A DNA stretch of 62,425 bases, the filler included, from Collodictyon triciliatum (Eukaryota): assembly GCA_043381765.1 (NCBI GenBank). It is 4 parts of 4 records of this genome, joined end to end, with 100 filler letters (N's around TTAATTAATTAA, not from the genome) between each part and the next. Parts side by side here need not be neighbours in the genome. Positions count along the whole stretch, not along the records: positions 1 to 24,582 come from JBHJMP010001279.1; 3 more parts are not named here. The stretch is one strand, 5' to 3'. Positions within the stretch are counted from its first letter, which is position 1. Every line of letters starts with the position of its first letter. A program made the position numbers and the translations under genes. Shown one piece after another: positions 1-14,000 of this stretch. The notes beneath the pieces are model-generated. The model was not told the DNA's origin, did no database searches, and saw only the letters and a list, made by a program, of their open reading frames with translations.

Positions 1-188
1 TCACTCACTCACTCACTCACTCACTCACTCACTCACTCACTCACTCACTCACTCACTCACTCACTCACTCACTCACTCACTCACTCACTCACTCACTCAC
101 TCACTCACTCACTCACTCACTGACTCACTCACTCACTCACTCACTCACTCACTCACTCACTCACTCACTCACTCACTCACTCACTCAC
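1..188. repeat. (TCAC)n tetranucleotide microsatellite in a Nap1 intron
   Basis: Near-perfect tcac tandem array read directly; ends shortly before the AG acceptor at 204-205. Confidence 0.97.
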
Positions 189-205
189 AACCGATGATTG
201 ACTAG

Positions 206-3200
206 GTGTTGTACATCCACGAAGAGTTTGAAAATCTGTTCGGTTGGTATACGATTACGAATATGAAGCAAAGCAAATCAAAAAAGTTTGTCAGGTATGT
301 GGCTCTTTATACTATTTATAGCTTTAACTTTTCTGAAACCCTCATTTTGTTATTTAATCTTATGGGTCAACTCACCCTGGCACAATACCTTCAGCGAAGC
401 AGCTGTCGCAGCCGTCCAATCAAGTGGGCCAACCCACATACAAAGAAGAGTGTATCTTAAGCAAGAAATCAACCAATTATACCACATCTTATCGGATAGG
501 CCTGGTCTCTTGGGTCCAAAGATTCAGGTTTTATATGTTAAATAATACAAAAAATACTTTATATCTATTCCTTGACGATTAGAACACTAATGAATACGAC
601 TCTAGTTACTTGTGTTATAGTGCCATTTTTTTCTATTTCCTTTTAATTCCATTCAAATAATATAACAGTTTGTTAAAAGGAATTTTACTACTTTAGGTTG
701 TATATGCGGCGCTGTCTCTTGCAAAAGATGAAATTATGTGGTACTTCCGCCACATCAGCAATCCCGCACCAAAATCGAAGGTACATAATGTCTCAAAGTA
801 ATAAAATTAAATGGGTTTTCTATGGAAAGTAAACCCTTTCCCAATATCCTAATACTTCAAAGGTGTGATGATTAACAAATGCTATTTGGTTCAGGGTAAA
901 TATGCAGCAGACCAGTATACAGAATACTTGATTGCTGAGCTGATTTATCTTACGAATGAAATATCTGGTTTGATTGTCAAACACAAGAAACGTACGTCAT
1001 GCAATTGCCTACCAATGATTGCAAATTCATTTTCTGTCTTAATAAGTCCCTTGGAGCTGAATGAGCATCATTCAATGTTCGTAAATATTTTTTTCCTATC
1101 TTTTTAAATATATATAAATATATCTAGTGATCCAGCAATACTATGTGGAGTACCTCTCTGGTCCCGACTATGCTAGGGTAAAAGAAGACTTTGATCTCCA
1201 ACAGAAGGTTATTTCTGTCGATGTCACAGTTACTCGATTGTTCAAGGCTATTGTTGATGACTTAGCCAAACCTACCTTGGCTGACTTGAGAGATGGAAAA
1301 CTTGTCGACCTGGAGGTATTTTTTCTCTAGAAACAAATAACAAATCCTAGACTTTTTAATTTGAATGTCAAATCTCTAACTGTTTTCTCCCTCTTCATTA
1401 GCCATTGCGCCTCAACTGGCTTCGTTGCATTGGTATCCTTTCGTCCTTCCAATCCACTGTACGCATCCAAAAGATCAAGGATTTAGTCACAAAAGTTCAA
1501 TTTGCCGTGTCTCACTCCAGGTATTTTCTGAATAACGGACACTTCGTTCCACTCAGCCCCCCAAGTGCGCTATTGTGGTTCCCTATGCTACAACCTCTAA
1601 TATTTTCTATTCTATGTGTGCCATAGAACTGTGGATAGAGTCGAACAGTCCTTGAAGGACTTTGCCTCACTGCATGAGTTGTACTACTATAAAGAGCACG
1701 TCTGTCTTTTCTATTATGTTATTGTACTTTACTCCATTTTATTATATTTTTACTTCATTATACTCTTGTGAGTTTTATTTTATTTCATTATTACACTATC
1801 AGTTTAACAGCCAAATCCTGTAACTGCATTCATATCCTAAAACCATTATCATAGAAAATTTCTCCCAGATTAAGCATGCCCTTCTTTTCCTATTCTCACC
1901 TCTAATGACTTCTGTAGTATATGAAGCTGTTCCAGCAATACATCACATCTCATCCACATATCATCCATTCACTTTTCAAAGTGGTCAACTCTTTCCCACA
2001 AAATGCCTCCAGAGCTCTCCCAGACCAGGTTCTTGTTCTTGTTCTTTTTATTTTCCTTTTAAATTTTAAGATCATACTCAGTATTTCGCCTGTACAGTGA
2101 CAAATAATGATTTAAAACATTCTTTGTTTCGCATTTTTCTTTATTTTAAGCGCGAGGTGATTGGAAAAGAGATTGTCGCTTCTGCTGCCAATCAATTGGA
2201 AAAGATATCAGACCAGATCTACCGCGGATTTTATGCCATATATACACATTTCTTCAAGTTAAATATGAAGGTATATTCTCTGCAAGGCCTCTTAATGTTA
2301 TGTTTGATTCGCTTATATTCCTATGAAGTTTCAGGTTCTTTTGGAGGTAGCATCGATTACTATAAAAAAATGGACTCAAACAAATGTATTTATCTGCGAT
2401 GGTCATTTTTTTAAACAACAATCAGGTGACATTCTCTTATGCTTCTACCGCACAATCAAGCCGAATGCTTCGCCAAACTGCTGTGGAAATGGCTGGGGCA
2501 GAAAGTCACCTTAGCCCTAAAAACCGAAAGGATAACATAGAGTATAAGACTTGAATACATTTCATTAAATCCTTGTCTATACCTTGAAATGCCAATATTC
2601 TATTTCGTGCAAAGTGTGAATTTTCAAAACTACATCAAATTAATAGACTGCACAGCTGGGAATCAAATGCGTCGCGCCTGTGCAAGTCCTTCTCTGACAT
2701 GGAGAATCTCATTATTCACAACGAAACAATGTGCCCTCGCCTGGTATTAATATTATTGGATTGAAAATGAAATGAAATAAAGTTAGAGTCAAACAATACC
2801 TTATGTTACATACTTTTATCTGTTGCACTCCAAAATATCATGCATTATCTATTTGTTAAAGAAAACAAAGACCTTGCTTCTTAATTTACTTGACTTTATT
2901 ATTATTAGTTCCTTCGCTCCCTCCTGAAAGTTAAACTCACCGAGTTTGTCCAAACAATCTCATCTCCGGATTCCAATCAAGTCAATCGTCCATCATTCAT
3001 CCTTGTGCATCTTCGCCAGATGATTGCTGCCCTTAAAATTATTGAGCGTTTCGGTTTGTTATTATCTTCCATATCAGTGTAAGAATGGCACAAACCAACA
3101 AAAGCCTCCTATTTTCTTTCTTACCGGTTGACATCGGATTCTTCTCCTAGTCAACATCGACATCAACCAAATTATTCGTGAAGTTCTGCTCCATCAATTC

Positions 3201-5905
3201 GTGGACAAGTGAGAGTCACAAGAGTTTCCTTTCTGCTTTACTTTATGATGTTTTTTCTTCTCCTAGTTTTCAACTTGCTGTATTTTCTTCAATATAAGTA
3301 AATTAATCCTCATAGGAGCATAGTCGGAAATGTTGGACTTCTTGAGTGCCTGAAGGCTGACTACAAACAGGAGCAAATCGTAATTCATCGATTGGCCATT
3401 TGGTAAGACTGATGCCCTTTCTTATTCTTATGCCTATCTATTTACTAATTTAAAAAATGCAAGGCTCTTGGCTTATCATAAGAAACACATGCAAACACCC
3501 ATGCCTACAAGATCGGCTAATTTTCTGGTTTTTTTTTTTAAAAAAAAGGTATCATCGAATTGTCTTTGAACTGCCTGTTCAGGTTATTCAAAACCCCCAA
3601 TCGACACCTATCCTCGCATCATCCACTCGAAAGACACTTCTATCGGACGCTGCCGTGGCAAGTTTTCTTCTCTGATTCTGTTTTCTACATTTTTTTTTGA
3701 TTATTTCCTCTCCTTGTCGCCCCTTTTCTTTTTTTGTAATTTTTTTTTTTAAAAAAATGAAGTTTTCATAGAGCTCCTACATCAAAAGTAGAAATCTTTT
3801 GTGTTAATTTGGCTTTTTCTAACCATGTATATTTATATACTAGCCCATCCAGGCCGATGAGTTTTGTGACCCCCAGGAACTCATTGCTCTGTGCACGATT
3901 GTTGGTATGGTGTTTGTCACATAAAAATAAGCTCTTTGGATTTTCAACATATATGCCAGTCTTTGATGGGTTGGTACAATTCAGCAAAATACCTGATTTT
4001 ACTCTATCTTCACATAGGACCTTATGGTGTCCGATTTATGGACAGTTTAATTCTCCGCTCCATCCAAAAATTAATCTCCAAAGTTAAAGTGAGTTGTCAT
4101 CTCTTGACGAATAGTATTCTCTACAATTTAAGACATTGCAAGGCACGAATCATTCACCTGCACTATCATTATGACTGAAATCATCCTTTATAAAGGATTT
4201 CATAGCTCTGAACAGAGATGCTATCGACAGCTTCGTGAATGCTGGCTCAAAAGAAAGTGCTATTGCCGAAGCGTTGAAGAAATTCCGAAGTATTCTATTC
4301 TGTTAATACCTGAAAAAAAGTATACAATTCCTTTCGTGTTATTGGTGTCTTCGTCACATCAGATTGTTTCTAAACCCCTCAAACTCTGACAAATTACATC
4401 ATTTTAGACTTGGAAACATTCTTCCCTGTTGTAAGCCAGATAGGATTCGGTCTTTTCTTCAGGGGCCTGCTTAAGGATGCTCTTAAAAATAGTAATTAAT
4501 TCCCATGTATTCCAGTTGATACAACGAATTCGATCTATGATTATCATTTTCTCAATATTCGCCCATAGCGACTTCCTCGTACATCCCGAACATACAAAAT
4601 CTGATTCGCGATATCTCCACTGCCACTATTCCAAACTATCCCATGCGGCCCGAGCTGCTGGTATAATTTACAAAATTTTGTTCCGCTACATATTGCCCAT
4701 TCCCTTAATCCATTATTGTCACTGCTCTGTTGGCTTCTTGGATAGCCTTTTCTTTTTTATATTTTATTTTAAAAAAAATCATGACATAAACATCAATTAC
4801 TCTTATCATTCTTTGTAGATGGCGGATACTTATGCCACTGACACAGGCTTATCTCAATTTGACATCGGCCTTCGAGCTGTTATTGGTACGGAAACAAGCA
4901 ATATATCCCTACACAAATTTCATCATGCAAATCATCCACTTTTCTTATCAAATGTATGATTGCCAGTTTCTTTAATTGATGAAATACTTTAGATACACAC
5001 TTGCGTAATCAAGATGACCGTGGAATCTGGGAGAAATTACCCGCAGCTCTGGGCACCATCTTTGCCAGCAATATCTGGGTTGGAGGTCGCTACCTGGAAA
5101 GTCATGAAGGTGCTTACTGGCTCTATCACTCTATCACTCTATCACTCTATCACTCTATCACTCTATCACTCTATCACTCTATCACTCTATCACTCTATCA
5201 CTCTATCATTCGATCACAAACCTAACCAATCCATATTTGCAGCCCATAGCAAGAATGTGCATTGCGTGGCCCTGGCTACTTATCAGCTCCTTGTCGGTTT
5301 CTCTTCTGCCCTTCACTACACTAACCCAGACTGTCGTGGCCAAATCAACAAGGCCCTTCATGACTACACGTCCATAGCTTCCATGTAATGTTACAGCCCC
5401 GAGTGAAATCACAGCTAGGCCTATTTGCCATATAAAAAAATACTCATTCGTACCCCACCTTTTAAAAAACAATCAAGAATTCATGCCTAAATTCGTTTCT
5501 TTCTTACTTCATTTTACTTATGAAAATCACTTCCAGCCATCTCCTTCGTCACCGCCCTGATGCGTACCCACAGCCTCGCATCAACGAGCTATGGGCGATG
5601 TACATCTTCCTTTTCAAGGTACACCCACAACAATATGAAGGAAAGAGACCCCTGAGCCATCTAACAATCATTTTCAGAAAGCCTGGACACGTTCTGAGAG
5701 GCAACAAAATGCTAAACCTTATACATTTTCACCCTTCTTCCAGTTTACATCGCGCTCGTCGGGGGTTTCATTGGACTATCTCAACTCGAAGGTCCCGTAC
5801 GCTATGGTTCGCTCTGCCTATCTGCACTTGACAACACAGCGTCAGGCTCCGCAAAAGGCGTCGGCTTCTGTCGAGACCATTCCGGAGGATGCTGCTGAAT
5901 CATAA
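206..5905 (+). CDS. NCKAP1: Nck-associated protein 1 (Nap1/Hem), SCAR/WAVE complex subunit; multi-exon, 5' end outside the window
   Basis: Spliced exons give RRVYLKQEINQLYHILSDRPGLLGPKIQVVYAALSLAKDEIMWYFRH, IQQYYVEYLSGPD, LRLNWLRC, ELIALCTIVGPYGVRF and a C-terminal SLDYLNSKVPYAMVRSAY. These match Nap1 blocks (LSDQPGLLGPK, MQRYYVQYLSGFD, MRLDWFR, LGPYGMKF, FPYVLLRNAY). Stop TAA at 5903-5905. Confidence 0.93.
5121..5208. repeat. (CTCTATCA)n 8-bp tandem repeat in a Nap1 intron
   Basis: About 11 direct copies following the GT donor after ...ESHE. Confidence 0.95.
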
Positions 5906-6381
5906 GTCGACAATGTCGGGACTCCAAGTAAGGGTGTGTGTGTGTGTCTGCGCGGATGCTATGCATAATCACGCGCGATAGCCGCCATGATTTACTCTAT
6001 ATACGTTTAAAACATCAAACAGCAACTATGAATGAGACTGGAAGCCTTCGCATTCGATAAGCAGTGTTTTCATATACTTCACTAACCATAGAGTAATCTC
6101 GGACCGATGCCGATGCTAAAGCCGTCCTCTCGCCTCATTTTGCCATTTTACTTGGCCCGATTAAAAGAAAAAAATGGAGGGTTCATGATATGGTGCGGTG
6201 ATATCACCTCTCATTTTGTTGCTCCCACCGAAAATTTTCTCTTTCCCTTTCTCTTTTCTTTCTTTTTTCTCCTTTCCGCTCTCTTTATCAGTTCGTTGTC
6301 ATGTGCTTGTCTCACACATTTTTGTTTCCATTTTCTTTATTTCCTTTCTTTCCTTACTCTCATTTCTTTCAAGAAAGAAAG

Positions 6382-6382
<1 letters not shown>

Positions 6383-6449
<67 letters not shown>
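6383..6449. repeat. poly(A) tract, intergenic
   Basis: Long A run; explains the poly-K and poly-F ORFs in the track. Confidence 0.95.
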
Positions 6450-6450
<1 letters not shown>

Positions 6451-7029
6451 AGCACAGGCACAAAAGTTGCGCCATCCAAATGCAGGCCGCAAATTTAACA
6501 TCCAGTGATAATCTCGTTCGCAAAAAAATAAAGCAGAGCAAGAAACACACATACGCGTGCAAAGAAATTCATGAGGACAATATTTAAGACGCCGTGGAAA
6601 TCCTGTGTCTTTCTTTTTTTTATTTGGGTTGTCTCAAACGAAATGCGATTATACCTTGGTAAATAAAGCACGGTCATCACCGAGTATGTGCTTTTACATA
6701 GGGTACAACACGCCTTTACTGGAGCCTCCTGAGCAACTCGTTCTAACACTAACGAATTCTTTGCCACTCCGAGTGCAGGCGAAGAGAATGCCGCTCTAGA
6801 ACTCAACAGTAACATAATTAGTTAACGACACACACACACATACATATACATACACGAAAGAATTTGTTTTGAGAAAAATATTAGTGTCGATTATAGTTCA
6901 TATAAGTGAACAAGATACATATGTTCTCTTAACTTTCCTGTGTGAATAAATTATTTTTATTTTTATTGTTTTTTGTTGTGCTAATGTAAAGACAAAAGCT
7001 TGGTTTCGTATATGAATCTGATGGCTAAA

Positions 7030-7631
7030 TCAAGTCTCGAAGCGCGCTGGGTTTGCTTGGATTATACCGATAATCACTCCAAATAATCCGATTGCACTCC
7101 CGAAAATCTCCACAATCAGGATTCTCACAAACAAGTCTGGATTTTGTGCATCTGCCAAACTGCAAGCACTCCCTGTGATTCCAACACAAAGGCTGATGAC
7201 AGACAGAAGAGGTTGCACAGAAGAATGGAAACAATTAGGGATATTACATGCAAAATCTACATAAGGGTATAAGATGTCTAAATTATAACTCAAGAATAAT
7301 GCCAAATGAAAGAGACTTCTATCAATCGTCTTACCCGCAAAAAAAATTGGCTAATCCGACGGTAACTCCAGCCGCGAAGATAGAAAACCCAGAGAAGTAG
7401 TCTTTAGATGTGTATGGCTCGCTCACGGCCTCCAACTTTCCTGCAAGAATGATTGCCACGATAATCCCGTAAATGGCCACAGCCTCACAGAATATGACGC
7501 TGTGTTTTTGTTTGGGTATTCTTGCCGTCAGTACAAACAGATTCTTCGTCACTTTATGGGTGATTGATTGCGGGGATAGTGAATGAGCGATATCAGCTTT
7601 TTCACAGACAAAAAAAAAAAAAAAAAAAAAA

Positions 7632-7674
<43 letters not shown>

Positions 7675-7892
7675 ATATCTGAACATGTATGTGCTTCCTT
7701 TCAATTAGGTAAAAACATTTGCATGTCTGATTCCTCCTTGCATTTCTATGTAATATTTTTTTTATCGATACATATTTTTCATTTTTGAAAAGAAAAAAAT
7801 TACCAACCTGATGAGATTCTTTGACTGGATTCGAGGTGTGCGGATGCCTCCTCCTAGAATGCTTGGGCCACATAGAAATATACCCCTATGTA

Positions 7893-7948
<56 letters not shown>

Positions 7949-7964
7949 AGTGGTGATGATGGTG

Positions 7965-8034
<70 letters not shown>

Positions 8035-8271
8035 GAGGAAAGGGGAAAAACAGAAGAAAGCGCACATCGAAAGACTATTATCGAACAGAAGGAATAAAAA
8101 AAAAAAAAGGGAAGATCAGGACTGAAAGATCGCCAAGGGTAATATCTTCTGTTGTTTTCGCAAGTGTACGTACCAAGCGGCCCCAATGACTGAAAGGCCC
8201 ATGCAGATCCCTGTCCCAAGGGCTGCCCAGGTTGTCGGAGAACTTTCGTTCAGGAAAGAATCAAAGCCCAT
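7030..8271 (-). CDS. ATP6V0B: V-type H+-ATPase 21-kDa proteolipid subunit c'' (VMA16); 4 exons
   Basis: Exons: [33 protein letters not shown] / [25 protein letters not shown] / [18 protein letters not shown]...[12 protein letters not shown] / [43 protein letters not shown]. These are hallmark c'' motifs, including the [10 protein letters not shown] glutamate. Confidence 0.96.
7891..8033. repeat. compound (GAT)n/(AAT)n microsatellite in V-ATPase intron 1
   Basis: Read directly; source of the poly-D/N/S/L ORFs. Confidence 0.95.
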
Positions 8272-8638
8272 ATGTATGACGATCGTCAACGCCTTTATTT
8301 ACTCTCTTTTAATGAAAAAAAAAGCCGCTCGCCCACTGACTTGAGACTGCCTCTTAGTTGCTGTGAATAAATAAATCAATAAATCAATAAATCAATAAAT
8401 AAATAATTCAGTAAACAAATAAAAAAAATCTTTAAGGAAAGACTGATAAAAAAGTGTCTTTGCTGCATAAAAATCTCGGATCGCGTTGCAATGCATTGAA
8501 TCGCGCGCTAACTGGGAAAATTAAAAAAAAGTATGTGCGCCAATTTGTTTTACGGAGTATTCGAATTTGTTTATTCGCTACCAGAAGGAGATGGACGAAA
8601 CCTAACGCATTGGCATATGATACAATGAAGGGAAAGAG

Positions 8639-10734
8639 TCAATTAGATAGAGTTAAGAATATGCATGGGCAAGAAGAAAAGCAGCTGAACAGGCAATACG
8701 ACAAGCATTCGGCTATGCTGAAGCCAGGAGGCTCATACAACCAGCAGTAAATCGGTTTTGTATGAAGGGAAATTATGGGCGATGATTTTGATTGGGGCAC
8801 GAACCAGATTTTGCGATATGTTAAGGGCTTCAAGATTGGTAAGGAGAAGAAATGTTTCCGGCAGCTGGGAAATCTTCGTGTCGTACACACAATTAAAAAA
8901 AAAAACATAAATAAAATTGGTGATTGGATGCACTGATGAATTCATCAATATGATGACTTTGTATACGCGCCGCCCTGATTCAACAAACGTATCATTACCT
9001 TATTGTTCTGGAGAGCTAAGCGAGTAAGACCTTGTAATTTTGACATGCCCTCAGGAAGGGAAGATATCTACATTCAGGTATGACTGTCACAATATAATTT
9101 GCCTTATCGCACCAAGCGTTGTAATAGCCCACTCCCTATTGAATTGTATGGCATTTTGTATTCTTATAAATGAAACTATATAAAAAAATACATAATTGAA
9201 TGACAAGTCCAAGGCATCGATGGCTGGGAGCTGCAGGATAGAGTCGGAGATTTGATATAGCTATCAAAATAAGGATATTAACTGTTTTATAAATAGGAGG
9301 AATATGGATGTTGATAAGCGTTAGTGCAAGAGGGAAATATTGTAGGTAACTGCATTAAATGAGACAAAGCTATTGTGAAAAGTGGCGTAAATTTAAAACC
9401 TCGTTGTGCGAGAAACACAATTTTATTATGTTTGTCAGTATTGTAATGGAATCAGGTATTTCTGAAATCTAGTTGACCGCAGGTTTTCAAAGTAAAAAAC
9501 AATATCGTATATTCATCCAGATAACATGAAATTCATCAGCCCACTCCACTCACAAATAGTGAATCACTTATCATGTTAATAATCATAAAATCTATCTAAT
9601 GTCCAATTGAAAGAAAGAAGAAAATAATGATCAGTAAATACTCACCTTGTTGGAGGATATATCAATTTGTCGAAAATCTTTCATCAACCAAGAGTTAAGG
9701 TATGGTGTTATGTCTCGAATGTCTTTGTTTGTTTCAAAACAATCATATAAATCCAGCTCACGGAGTCGCCTATGGTCAATATTTCCTATTCCCCAACAAG
9801 ACAGATTGGATATCCCTTTATGAGCCCGGGTGACATTGACCAAGCCTTTACGTTCGATGTATAATACCTTTAAATTGGTCAGGTTTGTAATAGCCTCTGG
9901 GAGCATATCCATCTACACAAAGGGGCTTGGTTGTTATTTTCTCTGATAAAAAAAAGGACATATATTTTGACCAGAATGATTTCAAATATGAAAGAAAAAC
10001 TTTTTTTTTTTTGGTTTTCGTTTTTCGTTTTTCGTTTTTCGTTTTTCGTTTTTGGTTTTTGGTTTTTCGTTTTTCGTTTTTGGTTTTTGGTTTTTGGTTT
10101 TTCGTTTTTGGTTTTTCGTTTTTGGTTTTTCGTTTTTGGTTTTTCGTTTTTGGTTTTTCGTTTTTGGTTTTTGGTTTTTGGTTTTAATTCTATGATTGAG
10201 CATATTACAGGTCATCCAACTCATCAACCAACTCACAGGACATGACTGCAGACTAAGAAAGTAGAGGCTTTGCAAGGCAGACACCCAAGGAGGCAAAATC
10301 GATATGGGATTCAAGTACAGATTCAGTGTGTCCAACCGCGTCAGCTGAGACATGGAGTTGGGCAGCGTATCCAGCTTGTTTTCGTCCAAATACAGCTTTT
10401 CCAGGCAACTCAGCAAGCCAAGCCATTCAGGGAGGGTACTCAGCAAGTTTGAGTTGAGACGAAGAACTCGCAAGTTTGTCAACAGGGAAATCCCTTCGTG
10501 CATTACAAGCAAAGATTGGTGCTGGAGAACGAGTTTTGAGCAATGAAGCAGATCCCCGGCAGGACTGAACGACATTTTCACGAGCTCCTTCAATGAGGCG
10601 AGTTTGTCGCTTTCGCTTTGCGGCCCGGTTTCCTCGGTCTTTGACTCTGCGGCGGACTGTGGCGGAGTGCTTCTTTCCTCTCTCTCCAAGGGACTTTTGG
10701 AGTATGCTTTGCCAGACGACGTCGTGTTCCCCAT
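8639..10734 (-). CDS. Leucine-rich-repeat protein with an N-terminal myristoylation motif; last exon uncertain
   Basis: ATG at 10734 (MGNTTS...), then LxxLxLxxNxLxxLP repeats (LTNLRVLRLNSNLLSTLPEWLGLLSCLEKLYLDENKLDTLPNSM). Further exons at about 9647-9912, 9400-9468, 9192-9260, 8999-9067 and 8805-8873 each encode LRRs. Confidence 0.88.
9999..10185. repeat. (TTTTTCG/TTTTTGG)-type degenerate repeat in an LRR gene intron
   Basis: Read directly. Confidence 0.9.
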
Positions 10735-11039
10735 TTCTTTATTCTTTTTCCTCGATGGCGTGCGCGTGTTTGTTATTGTGCTACAGATATGACAGGTTCT
10801 TGTCTGGTGAGTGAATTGTCTCTGCTCAAGTTCTCGTTTTTTTGGGGGGTTTTTTAGTTTTTTGTTTGTTTTTTGGGGGGATTTGGGTTGTTTTTTGAGT
10901 TTTTTGTTTGTTTTTATTTGCGAAATTGTCAGCTTTTTTCTTCCTTTTGTTTTTCCTCCAAACGAAAAATGAAAGTTGAAAAGAGGGCAAAAAGATTCCA
11001 GAGAGAAGCAGCCACCCGGATGACAGACGACGCAGTTTC

Positions 11040-14000
11040 TTACGGATTCAGTTTCTTCCATGTCACAATCTATGGTAGGATTAGTTAGCGGTTGCTTGTC
11101 TATCATTCTGCTGGTAGGAGAGAATGTTTGGATGCAGCGAGAACCATACTGACTGGATTGATTGTCTGCCTATTTATTTATTTTTTATGATAAAGTATAT
11201 ATGTTTATGAATGGTGCGAATCTTTTGTTGTATACCTGTTTCAGGACATGCGCAAGAACATGCTTTGCTGAACTGCCTCCTGAAACCTTTGGGTTGATGC
11301 CCACAATCTCTCCACACTCACGGATATAATATTCCAAATCCTCGTCGTTGCCTATCGATAACCAGAACACCATGAGACAAACACTCGAAACACGTGGTAT
11401 TGAGTATCCCCATTGCGATTGGATACGAAGAAAAGGAGTCATGAGTCCAATAAAGAAAAATGAATGAATGAATGAATGAATGAATGAAAATCGCTATGCA
11501 TCATTAAATGCAGTAGAGTGAACCCATGGTTTACATTTGTTTGTCAACTGGGCTAGTCGAACTTGTTCAGAGGCAAAGTGCTCGTCGAGGTCGAAGAGAT
11601 CAAGTGCGGGCGGTGGTAATTCCCGCAGAGTTGGGGGAAACACTGCCGGCAAAAGCGGGGGGAGTGGCGTTTCAAACTAGTTTGTGGGAAAAGGGATGCC
11701 ATATGCTTCAATTAAAAAAATGCTTGGTTTCTATGACAGAGTAATTGCTGCTTGTATATCGGTGATTTTGAACGTTTATTATGATATTGGATTCTGAAAC
11801 TAACCCCATTCCGGGGTAAAAGAAATATAAATTAAGATAAAATGGGCTTCGTCATTATGAATTACTTGAGGAGGGATGAGAGCCAGTGTCTCGTGCTTCA
11901 CTCCCAATTCCTGTAATAGTAGAAATTATCTTTTAGTATCGGCTTTATTTTTTTTTTAAAAAAAAAAAAAACTTTGGCAATTCCACTCCAAAAATTTATG
12001 ATGTGCGTATATGCAACAGTTTTTATAAGTAAAAGGGGCAATAATATCGATAATACACCTCTATTAGAGGTTCTGATATTTAAAAGGCTCCGGATAGGAA
12101 GCTTAATATTGTTTTTGTTTCTAAAAAAAAAAAATTATTTCATTCGGAATGTCACTTACCGTATAAATCTTTAGTACTTCTGGGATTAGGCTAGTGTCGA
12201 ATTTGAATGGCGTGTCATCAAAAAGGGACATAAAATCTTTCGGAATTTCTTCACTTTCCTGGACACATATTTGTTCATTCAAATTGGTTAGAAAAAAAAA
12301 AGCAATAAACACATATATACATGGTTTCTTGGCGTTAGTATTTTCATTAATGTATAGAACCCCTTCTGTTATTTTGTTTAGGCTCTTAAAAAAAAACTAA
12401 CGGTTATGAGACACTATGTAAATGTGGTATTTGCAATAGTGATTTATTCACCTGAAGACAGCTACGGACTCTGGAAGAGAGTGCCTCAGTATCTGGAACA
12501 AATGTGTAGTCCGATATTTCTGGTGCATCGGCTAAGGGTATTCGATTGTAAGATGTAAGGTATTTGTATGGAGATAGTGGCAACATGTTGATATGAAGTA
12601 AATACGTCTGTAGTATTTCACTACTCATTCTACTTGGGTGAGCAGGACATGCCTTCGAATTATCAATGAGAAAAATGTTTTGTAAAAAGGGAAAAATTAA
12701 TCACCGTCTATGGAATCAAGGTTAAAGTCTTCGGCAGCAAGAAGCCACTTAAATATAATTTCTTGGAGAATAGAATTTTCTTCCTTTTCGAACCATTCAT
12801 CATCGAACATTCTAACTGAACCCAAAACAGCTAGCCTTCCTTTCTTGTTCTAAGGTTTAATGATACGTCAATGTTATTGATGTATCACGAAGGGTTAACA
12901 GCATTATTGTATGTACTTTTGAATGTTTCAAATTGAAAAAAATATAGACATGAAGTAGACATGTAGAGAAGCGAGCTGGAGCAAACCTTTGATACATAAA
13001 CACCACCGACTGGCCTATTAAGAGGATATGCAATATGCCCTGAGGAGAGTATTGGAATGGCAGGCTTCTGTACATTCAGAGTTGCCCCATATGGATAAAC
13101 GAACGTGAGTCCAGTTCTGTTGGTGTTTTGTGCAATTGTGCAAACAAATTAGTTTTCCATTTGAAGTTTTGTGATAAACATGTTCATTAGAGATGTATAT
13201 TTACTATGTCATGAACATGTAATTAATCTCATATCAGATTGAGTTAAAAAGGAGGGAAAAAATACGCAACGTTCGACGATTCTTTCCTTGCGTTGTGTCT
13301 ATCCTGTTTGCCGGCTGCTCTGTTGATGTTGCGGTTGAGAATTCCGTTTGTAATACAGACTTCCTGCGTTGCAGCATATTAATAGTGAAATGAAAGCTAA
13401 AAAGAAGAAGAGACGCATATAAATGTATGCAATAGCATATAGCGCTGTAAGTATACAGAACTACATAAACAAAGTCACAGCATCAGCTTCAGAGTTTCGT
13501 GGGGAATTCAAGACCTTGGGGTGGAAGTATTTGTAGAATACTGTCCGAACGACGCAGTCTGTATTTACTGATATTCCAAATTCTTCAAGCAAATAATTGA
13601 TATTGGTTCCATATTGGCCTTCTCCTCCCTCTCCCAGCATAACCAGAACACTTCCACCTTCATCCATGTATTTTTTGATTTGCTCAAACTAAATATATTT
13701 ATGTCAGAAATAACCAAAAATGATTAATTTCTCTTCTCAAAAAAAAAAAAAACACCAATTATAATGAGTGTTACGTTTTCTTTTCTAGAGGAAAAGATAT
13801 GTGATTCAGACAAAGATAGAAATAAATGTGCGAATACTCAAGAAAAAATACCTCAGCTGTGGTAAAACGCTCACGGGGGCCTCCGAGGATGAAAAGGCGC
13901 GCCTGCTTCAGAACGTCAACTGATATTTCCTCCTTGTTTCTAACATAGGTGATGAACCGGAAGTAGGAGACGGTTAAAAGAAGAATAAATATCTTGCTAG

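Noticed and set aside
5121-5210. ACTCTATCA(TT) repeats resemble tet operator half-sites
   Set aside because: Simple direct 8-mer array in an intron with no palindromic second half; no vector sequence nearby.
6107-6587. Overlapping poly-Lys/poly-Phe ORFs
   Set aside because: Produced by the poly(A) tract; no coding signature.
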